A stretch of 64,000 nucleotides of DNA from Dipteris shenzhenensis (taxonomy: Eukaryota). The notes beneath the pieces were generated by a model. The model made no database searches. It saw only the letters and a list, made by a program, of their open reading frames with translations, and had not been told where the DNA came from. The number at the start of each line of letters is the position of its first letter. Positions within the stretch are counted from its first letter, which is position 1. The DNA is taken from assembly GCA_047967505.1 (NCBI GenBank), contig CM106538.1; one strand, written 5' to 3'. The translations under genes were made by a program, and so were the position numbers. Below, piece by piece: positions 23,701-35,110 of this stretch.

Positions 23701-26700
23701 GGGATGCCTTCCTTTTTCACTTCTGTGGCAGAGATACTTGGTGTGATGATGCCTTTCCAGCCACAGTCCCTCCTTCTCTTGGTCGAACAGGAGGCAGCAC
23801 ATGCCTATTCATGCACGCATTGACAAATTCTATGTAGATGACTGGGCACTAGACAGAGGTGGATCGGTATGCATTGCTGCTGGGGTTTCCACTTCAGACC
23901 ACTTTCCTGTTGTGCTGGCTATCTCAGAGCCTCACTTGAGAGGCCGGTCTGCCAGCATCAGGATTCCAGATGCCTTTTACACAGAGGCAGCCCTGCAGAT
24001 ATGGGTTTCTCATGTCCAGGGTGGGCAGCCATATCCATCACATGTAGCCGCTGCCCTTTCTGGTATTAGCGACTTCTACCGCTCAGTTGCTTGTACCAGG
24101 AGACGAGATATTCTCAAACGTGAGATTGGTGTTCGCCAGCAGTTGGCAGCTTTGCAAAGGGAAGAGCAGAAACGGCCTTCAGATGCTTGGATTCAGGAGC
24201 GCCTTGCTGCAGCAAGGGCTCATCAGCAGTTATTGCTTGATCAGAGAGCAGAGTATGCCTTTCATGCACGGGAGTCCTTCTGGATTCAGATGGGTGGTAG
24301 AGTCAATAAACACTTTTTCTCTACTCTTGGCCCTAGACATAGTAGAGAGAGTGTATCCCAGCTTATTGACTCACATGGGGTTTTACAGATAGAGCCTGAT
24401 GATGTCTTACGCATAGCTTCAGATTTCTATGTAACCCTTCTTACTGCTCATCCTGAGACACATGATAGAGAGGATGCTAGACAAGCTATTTGGCAGAGTA
24501 TCCCTGTGTTGGTGAATCCGGGTATGCATGTTCTACTCGATGCACCTTTCACCAACACAGAGTTCAAGACTGCACTTTCAGCCCTTCACAAGGGCAAGTG
24601 CCCAGGTTCGGATGGCCTCACCCCGTCTTTTTTCATTGCATTTTGGGATATGATTGGAGACTATATTACTTCAGCCCTGCAGGCCATTTGCGACTCTGGC
24701 GAGATGCTTGGGTCGCTTACAGAGGGCCTCATCCACCTTATCCCAAAAGGAGGTTGCAGAAATTTAGTGTCCCAATGGAGGCCTATCACACTTCTGGGGA
24801 CTTGTTACAAGATTCTGGCCAAGGCTATCAGCCTCCGATTGCAGCCACTTCTCCCTGATCTTATTCATGACACTCAGACGGGATTTGTGCATGGCAGAAG
24901 CATTTTTTATAACATTTTTTCTTTCTGGGAAGCTTCAGAGTGGGCCATGCAGAGTGGCCAAAATCTTGCCATTCTACTTTTGGATTTTGAGAAAGCTTAT
25001 GACACAGTAGATTGGGGTTTTTTGGAGGGCACCCTTCTACGCTTTGGCTTTACTGATGCTTGGATCAGAGGTGTTTCCTCTTTGTACAGATCAGCCCACA
25101 GCCGGGTACTTATTGGTGGGGTAAGGGGTGAGAGATTTCAGATTTCGAGATCAGTCCGTCAGGGATGCCCCCTTGCTCCTTTCCTTCTTTTGTTCGTGGC
25201 CGAAGCTATGAGAATCTATGTTAGATCTCAAGCTGACATCTTTGTGCTGAGACTTCCCATCAGAAGGAAAGAGGAGCTACTTGACAGTGAGTTGGTAGAT
25301 GACACAGCAGTTTACTTGGATGCCACTCCACAGATGCTCACTTCTTTCAGGACAGCATTGGATTTATTTTGCTTGGCGGCACGGGCGCAGATAAATTGGC
25401 ATAAATCCAATGGCTTTTGGATCAGTGATGAGGACACTCCAGTTTGGGGGCTTGACATAGGATTCACTTGGGTTCAGAGGGGTGAGCCTATCAGGTATTT
25501 GGGCTGCCAGGTCGGCTTGGATATTTCTACCACGCAGCAGTTTGCTCCCATTTTGGAGAGCATCAGAAGGAAGCTTCTTTTTTGGAGCTCAGCCAAGCTG
25601 GATCTTGCCTCTAGAGTTGTGGTGGTCAACCAGGTCCTCTTGGCCACGGCCTGGTTTGTTTATTCATGCTGATGCTGTTCTAGGGACTGCATCATTCAGC
25701 TCAGAAGACCGATCAGAAACTTTCTCTAGAGTGGGCTTGATGGCACAGCAGATGCCTTAGCCAGGGTGGCTTGGGAGACCCTCATCCTCCCTACACAGGA
25801 AGGGGGTCTCAATATTATTGATCCAGATTTACAGTGCATAGCTTCACTTTGCAAGATGGTGGTGCGGGGACTTATGCCAGGGTAGGAACCGTGGAAGGAC
25901 TTTCTTATCAGCAGCATACAGAGGTGCACACCTTCTTCAGGTGGAGACTGGATGAGCAGTGTTGGGTGGATATTCACCACAGCACACCTCAGATCACCTT
26001 CGTCCCCTCTCATGGTTGCCATTCTGAAAGCTTGGGCCAGTTTCAGAAGCACTCTTCGGAGGATTCCTCCTTCCTCTCGGGAAGAGATTGATAGGCAACC
26101 CATCATGTGGAATGACAGTATTTTAGATGATCATGGCAGACCACTGGGTGCCTCACTCTACATGCAGTGGTCCAGGTGGGAGAGGGGACCTGCATCTTCT
26201 ATGGGGTCTTGAAAAGCTTTCCGCATGCTTCCAGAGGAGACCAAATCAAGGTTGACTGGACATCTCAGAGCGAGTGCAGGGAGGATCTTGCAGATTGAGG
26301 CAGCCCTTCCACAGGTTTGGGTAGACACAGATGATATGCCACTCACTTCCTCCACTTGGGCAGGTACTTTTTCGAGAGGCGGTGTTCCGCTTCAGGTTTT
26401 GGCCTTTCGAGATGCACAGGAGGATGCTTTGGTTTTTAGTGTCCAGGATGGTGGCAGATTGCTCAGGTCCACAGAGGACATCTTGCTTGAGTCTGCTTTT
26501 CAGCCTATCAGGGTTGTAGGTCTTTTGGTGCAGGGATCAGATTCAGAGTGGTTCCTAGACCCAGACCCCCGGCTACTCTCCACCGGGTCTTGAAGGCTCT
26601 GGCTCTATGGGGGAGTTCCCATCAGGTATTTGCAGTGGGACCCCGAAGAGTGGGAGTGGATTGACACAGGGCATCGAGAGAAGAGCATTCTCTTCTTTCG

Positions 26701-27470
26701 TTACACTGTCAGCAATGCCAGGAGATATCGGCTCAGTAGTAGAGGTTGGAGACCTTCCAGAGTTCCTCATTGGGAAACTTTTGATATCATTGCGGATCTG
26801 CAGAGGTGCTTCTGGAGGAGACTCTGGAAATTCCACAGGAATAGAAAGATCACTATCTTCTTTTGGCTTTCTATCCATGGTGGGATTGCAGTGAACCTTT
26901 GGAGGTCCAGGTTCGGAGCCGACCCTACTTGCCCTTGATGCCTTTCTGCTTCGGAGACTATTCAGCATTGCTTATGGGATTGCAGACAGGCGAGGATGAT
27001 TTGGATGGGGGTAGCCAGGATTTTCACTCACTTTGCCCACTCCCCATTTTTTATGACATGGGGCTCAGTGGCTTGGCTTTCTCTTACAGGACCTCAGGTT
27101 TTCTATGAGAGAGTTGACTCCTCTCGGGCCATTTCGGTTCGACGTCATCGGATTGAGTCCTGTTCGTTGGATGTGGTACCACACCTTCCTTTTACAGCTG
27201 TACATGCCTCTGTGGATACTTCTTGGGAGATTCTAGCGAGCATAGCATCCTGGCATATCTGGAAAGCCAGATGCACAGAGGCTTTGGAGGGTACTCAGGT
27301 TCATCCCTCGCACACATTGGCTAGTATCTGGACAGACACCGTACATACTTTGATGGCCGTATGGACGGGTATGCAGGGAGACTCCAGTGCAGCCTCAGCT
27401 AGAAGGGCTTCTTTCTTCAGGGAATGGAAGGATTCTCCTTTCTTCTCTGAGACTATATGCCGCTAATAAA
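20790..27470 (+). mobile_element. Older, decayed L1-clade LINE (related to 9086-16348); 3' end lost
   Basis: C-rich 5' UTR at 20830-21560. ORF1 remnants 21629-23193 (LLARIFG, GRGFFQV, knuckle remnant). ORF2 23190-27466 has SWNIQG, GGDFN, SDH, WRPITLL, LDFEKAYD, RQGCPLAP and many stops; no poly(A). Confidence 0.92.
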
Positions 27471-28518
27471 GATGTCCTTCCAAGGCTCTTGCCCCGGCAT
27501 AAATCCCCTCACCACCATCTTGCAGAGCAAGGCCCTGCGTTGTAAATCTGGATCTGTATATCTGTAAATCTGTAAATCAGCTACCCCTCTACAATCCAAA
27601 AGCATAGAAACATCCAACCAACCCTAGATGGCAAAGCATAACTCCTCACCCATTCCATTTTCCTAGCTACACAGCACTCACTTCCTTACCTGACCAAGAC
27701 CAGAGGAAACACCCTCCACAGATCCGGTACTCAGAACGGTTGGTAAGATAAAGAGTGCAAATGCTGGCATTCTAAGACCAAACAAGGGCATCCAGACAAG
27801 AAAAAACTAAAAAAGAGTACCCACGCTCAATGTGATGCAAGAAACAATAGTTCATTGTGCAATACAAGTGGGAACTCTTAAGCATCCTCTAATGGAATGC
27901 AGACCCACTATAATGAAAAACACCTCCATGGCAGCAAGCACAAAACTCAACTGCAATGGCATATATTTCTGCTTGTGAAATGCCTTACCTGCAGAAGTCA
28001 AGATTTGCTGCCTTACCCATCTTCCGGCAATATCCATTGCACTTCTTCCTCAAAGGCACCCTTAATGTTAATATCCCAAAGCCAAAATCCCTAAAAGGTA
28101 GGGAAACCTTCATAAAAGGCACCTGCTGGAAGGAAAGTTTTAATGGGAGATGGCTCCTACACTAATGGGATATATAAGCTCTAGTGTGCCGAACCCCCCC
28201 TGATTTTACCTTGTGCGCCGACTCAACTTTTTAAAAAAAACTAAAATTGATGTGAAGACACCAAAGCAGTCAATATGTTCCTCTAGTCAACAAAATACCG
28301 AAATCACTAATCAAAATCAAGTGAGAGGGGAGAGGCAAAGGAGAGGTTGCTTAACAATTTTCATGCATTATTATAACCAAGAAAGTGGATGACACACAGG
28401 ATTGCTGATTGGTCTGAAAAGAAATCTGGCAGGAGTGATGCCTAATCCTTTATCAAAAGACCATACAACCACATTATCATTTCCAGTATGACAACTGTGG
28501 AAATAAATGGAGACTTAC

Positions 28519-28569
28519 CTTAGACCTGTGAACTTTATCCCCAAACACTAAAGGTAGAGCGGATAAAAC
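28519..28569 (-). CDS. BIN4: BIN4 coding exon 4
   Basis: gtgcag|GTT...AAG|gtaagt; 51 nt, VLSALPLVFGDKVHRSK, matching the BIN4 'LPLV..EKV.RSK' motif that precedes the conserved C-terminal domain. Confidence 0.88.
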
Positions 28570-28811
28570 CTGCACACCACCAAAAGGACCAAAAGGACAA
28601 TGAAAAGCAAGGGCTAAGTCATGACAATGCAACTTTTCAGGTAGTTAAAACCATCATTGACCTTATGTATCACGTAAACATCTGCATTATGGAATCCTCT
28701 TCTGTTACAACTTAAATTCTTGCATTTATGACATCCTCTACTCAGCTGATGTGCTTGTGAGCAGAGAGATCATCACCAAAAAAAAAAAACCATTCAAGGT
28801 CATGCTCTCAC

Positions 28812-28859
28812 TCGTTTTGTTCGGCGCTCTTGCCCTTCAGCTGCATCTTCTTCATGTAC
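28812..28859 (-). CDS. BIN4: BIN4 coding exon 3
   Basis: tattcag|GTA...CGA|gtgaga; 48 nt, phase 0, VHEEDAAEGQERRTKR; keeps the frame between the neighbouring exons. Confidence 0.75.
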
Positions 28860-28933
28860 CTGAATAGACGAATGTTCCCATTATTTCAGGCACATTTGCA
28901 GAAGGTTAACTAAAAACATCATCACCCAAATAC

Positions 28934-29314
28934 CTTCGGCAAAACTCCCAGAACTGGGCCTGCTTTTATCTGATCATCCTGATCTACCTCCATCTCCTCC
29001 TTTGGCTTTCTTGATGATTGGCTCGGCACTTTAATGTTTCTTTCATTTCCCTTGAATATGGGAACATCTTTCTTAGATGACTGAGTCCTTGTGGAAAAGA
29101 CCTTTTGTCCCTCTTCACTGTCATCCTCATTAGAATCTAGGTCCACTACGTGACCAGCTCCAATCCCTGAATCCCTCTTTATAGACTGAGCAAAGTCAAG
29201 ATCTTTATTGTTCGAGTGTGATTTCCCCAACCTTGATTTCTCTTTGCGAGTTGTATCATGTGATGAGGTCGATGTTGAAGAGGAAGGTAACGTTTGGAAG
29301 TCCTTCAACGGACT
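28934..29314 (-). CDS. BIN4: BIN4 coding exon 2 (S/K/D/E-rich low-complexity region)
   Basis: Acceptor ttcattgccag|AGT opens a 381-nt phase-0 frame SPLKDFQ...GVLPK, ending at an AAG|gtattt donor. An alternative donor near 28988 is possible. Confidence 0.75.
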
Positions 29315-30119
29315 CTGGCAATGAAGAGACAAAACTCAAATCATGAAATTTGAATAACTTTGCAACAAGAACAAAATCACACGCGAATCCCAGGAGGACA
29401 CAGGGTCAGCACAGCACAAGGCAATAAATATTTAACTATAGCACAACGTCAATCAAGCTTTCAAAGCCCATTAAACATGGTATCAGCTAAATATGGAATT
29501 GAAAGTCTAACAAAGCACCTACTGAGCTCCCTGTGCTTTTATCCAAAGCACACAATTACTATAATTTTGCTCACTTTGAAGCTCTTCGAGTATTATGTTC
29601 ATCTCAAATAGCAAAATGGCAGATGCAGCAAGGACCAGATAGTTGTTGCCAAGAGAATTATTTTGACATGAGGGATAATTCCCCGTTCCAATACAATAAA
29701 TTCCAAGGACCAATGTTCTACCAAAGCAGTCACACAGCTTGCAACAGTTGATCCCTATTCTTCAGTCAGCTGCATATGAAAGAACCTAGCTTGGTTGCAG
29801 ACAATGGGAGGTCATTTGCCATGTACGCTACATTTGCCACGACAACAACAACAACAATGATGATGATGATGATTGTGTTATGGTCCACGGGATGCCAAAC
29901 ACAAAATATATAGCTTTTAAAACATATTGCAATAATTGCAAAAAATGAAGTGCAAAGCACCTCCATTACTAGCCAATGCAAACCGACAACTCCTCATCTC
30001 AAATACAGCAAGAATTGATTTATCAACAGAGTGTGTTTAAATATGAGTAACACACACACACTTTTTTTTTGTAAAAGAAACTTTGCATTCATAGCTGTCC
30101 GAGAGTGGGACAATAACAC

Positions 30120-30970
30120 ACACATATACCTAGATGAATCCAGGAACATTCCCAAACTCATCCTCTAAAAACACAACATAGTGCAGTTTCAATCTCACGA
30201 TAGTCACTCATAAGATTGAAAACCATAAACTCCATCACGCCTAGTAGGGACTAGCTACTATGACTCCCTACTAACGTCATCAGCGCCCAAAGTGGGGGTA
30301 GACCATAGTATAAAAATATGCTCAAGTCCAAGATCTATTAATGTCATCCCCTTTTGCTCTCTATGGGGCACGAGAGCATCGGAGCTAGCCTAACATTGTG
30401 ATGCAATAATGAGGGTGCCTCTAATGTGGTGAGAACTCATCGGGCCTATGTCTAGTCTCTTGGCGGTCTAACCTCTCTCAAGAGTGGGCTTAGGGTGCTA
30501 ATCATGACAGCCTTCCCTAAAAGAAAATGTGAACCCCTGCTCTGGAGGAGCTGCCCCACATCAGGTCTCAATTGTAGTAAGGAGGAAGGAAGTAGGAAGG
30601 GGCACAGAGGAGAAGAAGGGCAAATGAAGGGGAAAGAGAAGGTGGGGATGAGGGGCAGCATGACGAGCAGGGAGGAGAACCTTAAGCCTGTATTCAAGCT
30701 GCAACTGCTTGTGAAGACTATACGATTTCATTTCAGTCTCTCCCAAACGAGCATTTCTACGCAAAAAATGCTTAGACAATCTAGCTGATAGGGCAACGCA
30801 CCACTGGAGACGGAATGAATTTATTGCAATATCGGCAAGCCGCAACATTGACGAAAATGTCGCAAGGTAAAACTTGCACGTCTGCTAATACGACAGGAAC
30901 ATATATTTAGATGAACCAGGAACATGCCCAAACCTCTGAAAACCCAACAGTACAGTTTCAATCGCATGAC
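30120..30970 (+). repeat. ~85-bp diverged direct repeat in BIN4 intron 1
   Basis: TAGATGAATCCAGGAACATTCCCAAAC...CAGTTTCAATC at ~30120-30200 and TAGATGAACCAGGAACATGCCCAAAC...CAGTTTCAATC at ~30898-30970. Confidence 0.7.
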
Positions 30971-31243
30971 CAAGCAGCATAAGTTCCTCTTATCAGACAT
31001 GAACGTGTTTTAGGCAGCATCCTTCGTTTAAGATCCAAGTTTGCATATGCTTTGCGTGTGGCTTTTTTAGCTAAGTTTAAGACAATAGAATAATGTTTTC
31101 ATACATGAACGGCTCAAAGGAACAAGAATTTACTTTTTTTGCTACAAGTCCCTCAAAAACAAGTACTGAGGTGTAAATGGAAGAATTTGGAAAAAAAGCT
31201 GAAACTGAGAAACTGAAATTCATGGCAATGCGGACGTTAAAAC

Positions 31244-31300
31244 CTGAAATGTGCGCAGCCAATCGGGAGAAGCCTCCCTCTCGGGAGAGCTATCATCCAT
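31244..31300 (-). CDS. BIN4: BIN4/MIDGET (topoisomerase VI accessory DNA-binding protein), coding exon 1
   Basis: ATG at 31300 encodes MDDSSPEREASPDWLRTFQ, matching the BIN4 N-terminal 'RE.SPDWLR' motif. It is followed by a CAG|gtttta donor, phase 0, 57 nt. Confidence 0.85.
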
Positions 31301-31717
31301 GCTTGGAGATTGCAACGCTTCAATCTGAATAGTCAAATCAGAAGCTCCAAAAATTCTTTGAAATTTTGCCCCACTTGATTTAACACAGCAGAACGACCAG
31401 TAACTTGTCAATATGGCAGATTCTGCACGTTGTTAGCCTGGAATAAACGGCTTCAGGCCTATCAAAAGCTGGCTATCGCTACTATGTAGTGCTTCTTCTC
31501 TTCTCTTTAAAATGGTCGATGCTGCTATATATGTATCATGCCATGGATTCAAATAGCAACCTGTAAAGTAGTATGTATACAGAAAAAAGAGAGGGATGCT
31601 GAAGAAAGGTAGGAGAGGAGCTCAATTAGTTTTCTGAATCAAGATTTTCAAATCGCTTTTGGGGGGAATTCTGCATTGTAACGTAACATAAAGACTTCCC
31701 CTACACAGACAATCCCA

Positions 31718-31724
<7 letters not shown>

Positions 31725-31762
<38 letters not shown>
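31725..31762. repeat. (CT)n microsatellite upstream of BIN4
   Basis: Direct reading. Confidence 0.9.
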
Positions 31763-31765
<3 letters not shown>

Positions 31766-32499
31766 ACTAATCTTCTGCCCTACACAGCAATTCCGCACTA
31801 TGCTGGTGTTCTATGAGCCTCATTCTCCAGCGATGATGCTGCTTTGCCGCAGCTGAACCGAGTAGTTATTAGTAATTATGTCCCCCATAAGAGTGTGATT
31901 TTATCGTCATAAGGTCAAAAGAACCATTCCGCTCATTTGAGCACTTCATCCTATTAATGGTATTCAAATGTATTCCCTTCAAAGATCAAATGTATTCCCT
32001 TCAAAGACTCAAAAGAACTAGAATTGGTCATTGGTTTAAAAGGTCGTCACAAGCACACTTGTCATCATTCTATGCTTTTCAATCCTTAAAAAAGGGATCC
32101 CATTCTGGCTACCAGGGCCTTGAGGCCAAGGTCCACAACAGTCGCTATTGCCATCCTAAACCCATCCTAGACCACTTCATACAGGATGGGAGTAATGATG
32201 ACAAATAGATTACTATCCTAAACCCTTGCTAGTCCCATCCATGTGCTAAGGCTCTTTTAGTTTGGGTATGTATTCTCCATAAACCGTTTTCTCCAATTCG
32301 TCTAGATATTATGAGAAAACAAGGTTTGATGTCAAGTGATGGCAAAGTTTGAGAATTCATCTTGAAAATTCATAAATTCTAGGGTGTGCAAATTCTTTAC
32401 CTATAGAGACAAAAGTAACATTTTTTTGTGTGTGTAGAGTAGTGGCAAAGCTCCGCTTGTACTTGCATAAGGCTTGGAATAATCTCTCTTAGGAATCCT

Positions 32500-32700
32500 C
32501 AACATGCACGTCCTACTTGTTGCGACTCCTACATGCATGTTCTACATACGATTCCTACATGCATGTTCTACATGCAAGTCCTACTTGCAAATCCTGCATG
32601 CATGTTCTACATGCAACTCCTACATGCAACATGCAACTCCTACATGTAACTTGCAACTCCTACATGCAACTTCTATATGCAAGTTCTACATGTAGAGAGA
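32500..32700 (+). repeat. Minisatellite of ~14-bp CATGCAACTCCTA-like units in the gypsy LTR U3
   Basis: Roughly a dozen degenerate units just upstream of the TATA box. Confidence 0.8.
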
Positions 32701-34149
32701 GAATATCTTACAATTCGTACATGTAGAGAGAGAAGCTCTCCAACTTGTATAAATACCCCATAATAGAATGAAGCCCACACTCTTTGGAGCATCGTGTTGA
32801 GTTCTACGTTGGTATTCCAAGCAATTTTCCAAGTGTCCATGATTCCTTGCACTCCACATCCAAAAGCATGTCCTAACCTTGCAACTCCTCCTCCCCTCTC
32901 CTCCAACCTTGCAACCCATCCTCTCCCTCTCCTCCTCCTCCTCTCTCCTCCTCCTCCTCCTCCCTCCTCCTCCTCTTTCCTCCTCCTCCCTCCTCCCTCC
33001 TTCTCTCTCTCCTTCTCCTCCATGCTCTTACATCTTCATCCTCTCCCACTTCTGTGCTCCCCCTAAACCCTTAGTTCCTCAACCCTTAACCTCCATGATC
33101 TACGAAGGGGATGAGTTCTCCACCATGTACTCTACCCTAAACCTTAGATCCTCCTTCTAACCCTTGAACCTCTTCTAAACTCTGGAACCTCTCTTCGAAC
33201 CTTGGAACCCCCTTCTAAACCTTGAATCTCCCTCTAACCCTTAAACTCCTCCTAAACCCTTCAACCCTAATGAAGGTAAAAGCCTTCATTACCCCCACTA
33301 TGATGATGCACGTTCCTTTCACACATGCGTGCACTATGTTTGCTTACCCCACTTAAGACTCAAGGTCCTAAGCTACACTTATACTACAAACGACAGCATT
33401 GATATATCTCTAGGTGACAAAAAGCCTTGGAACCCTGCATACTGAGATCACCCTACTCTTCCTGCAGAAGCCGTGGGAAAGAGCCAATATTTGGCGCCGC
33501 TATCGGTGAGACTAGCATCTCAAGTAACGAGTAAACATACGAAGTATGTGTAAAACACGAACTACTATGAACTTTCACGAACATAACACTCACGGGCAAG
33601 GAGAGTAAAATTTTTCCTAACTCTAGCCAAACATACCAACCCCAAGCATTAACCTTAGGTTACTACCTTAAGAAATTTCCTTTATTTCTTAAAAATAAGC
33701 CACTTGATAAACAAATCAAGCTAGGTAATGGGCACGAATGCGTAGAGCTTGCACTTTCGATCATTTCACCTTTTTGCAAAAGAGCGATCCGAGCTAACCA
33801 TGAAAAGTTATGACTTGGAAAGCGTTTAGGGTTTAACCCTAAACCTACACCCATTTCATATAGAAACCCACTCCACCCCCTCATTCTTCTTCTTTCACAT
33901 CTAGCCTCCATCCTCTTCCCCATTCCAAGCCCTATGCAAGACACTCCTCCCTCTCCATCGACTACCACCCTACTCCCATCCTCACACGGTGAGTTATTTC
34001 GAGCCCTTCTCGTAGCGATAACCTAGCCATCCACCCACCATCTATTTGCCATCAACAATCCCATTACATCGAGAAAGACTTGGAGGGCGTTAAGCTGACC
34101 ATCTCTTCGTCCCTTTGGATTTTTGCCAAAGTTTTCTGTCCATCAAGTT

Positions 34150-34519
34150 CCTCCACCACCATCCCCTCCACCCCTCTCCCCCTCTACCCCCTCCCCCCCC
34201 CCCCCCCCCCGCCCCCCCCGCCCCCTCCATCTACCCCTTTCTCCCCCTCCATTTCCCCCCTCCCCCTTCACCCCCTCCACCATTCCCTCCAACCCCCCTT
34301 CCCCCCCTCCACCATCCCCTCCAACCCCCCCCTCTCCCCCCCCCCCCCCCCCCCCCACCCTTCATTCTCCCCCCCCCTCCAATCCCCCCCCCCCCCTCCA
34401 TTCCACACCCCCCCCCCCCTCCACCCTTCCCCCCTTCTCCACCACCCCCTCCATACCCCCCCCCCCTCCCCCCTTCTTCCCCCCCCCCCCCCCCGCTCTC
34501 TCTCTCTCTCTCTCTCTCC

Positions 34520-34591
<72 letters not shown>

Positions 34592-35110
34592 ACCCCCTCT
34601 TGGCCGCACCACTTCTACACCTACCTATCTACCTATCTAAAGGCTTAAGCCTTGCCTTGCAGCCTGCTCGTGCAATGCCCGTAATTGGCAGCACAGCCAA
34701 CCGCCAACAGCACGCCTGCCCCACGATGCCTCAGGGGCGCCTCCCTCGCCTCAGCCACCTAAGGCCTTCAAAGGCCAAAGCCTAATCCTTCCCCTCTTGC
34801 TTCTACAACCCCCCCCCCTCCTCTGTTCGCGAAAAACTCCCCCTCTCAGATGCCGCCGCCGCCCGATGCCCCCCTTGTTTTTTTTGGGGGGGGAGGGGGA
34901 GAAAACCCTAATTTAACCCTAACCTAACCATAGTTAGCTTAGTACTAACCTATGTTAGGTTTGACTTACCTTAGGTTAGTTGACTAGTTAGGTTAGGTTA
35001 GGTTAGGTTAGCCTGACTGTAGTATAGTTAGTTCAACTAATTGTGGTTAGTTTAGCTAACTAAAGTCAATTTGATCCACAATTATAGGTTAGGTTAGATT
35101 AAGCTAGGTT
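34150..35110 (+). repeat. Poly-C-rich tract, (CT)n and TTAGG-like repeats in the gypsy leader
   Basis: C runs at 34150-34495, (CT)n at 34497-34586, TTAGG-like repeats at 34915-35110. Confidence 0.85.

Larger units (their letters stand above)
5006..28518 (-). other. 23.5-kb BIN4 intron 4 filled with transposable elements
   Basis: Canonical GTAAGT donor at 28518 and CAG acceptor at 5006-5008. The flanking exons join in frame into a contiguous BIN4 motif (KVHRSK|VLLECDG). Confidence 0.85.

Noticed and set aside
31832-31856. C/D-box snoRNA-like ATGATG...CTGA
   Set aside because: The boxes are only ~15 nt apart, far too short, and there is no terminal stem.
34915-35110. Interstitial telomere or chromosome-fusion scar
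   Set aside because: The repeats are short, degenerate TTAGG rather than TTTAGGG and recur at the same position in the second gypsy copy, so they are part of the element.
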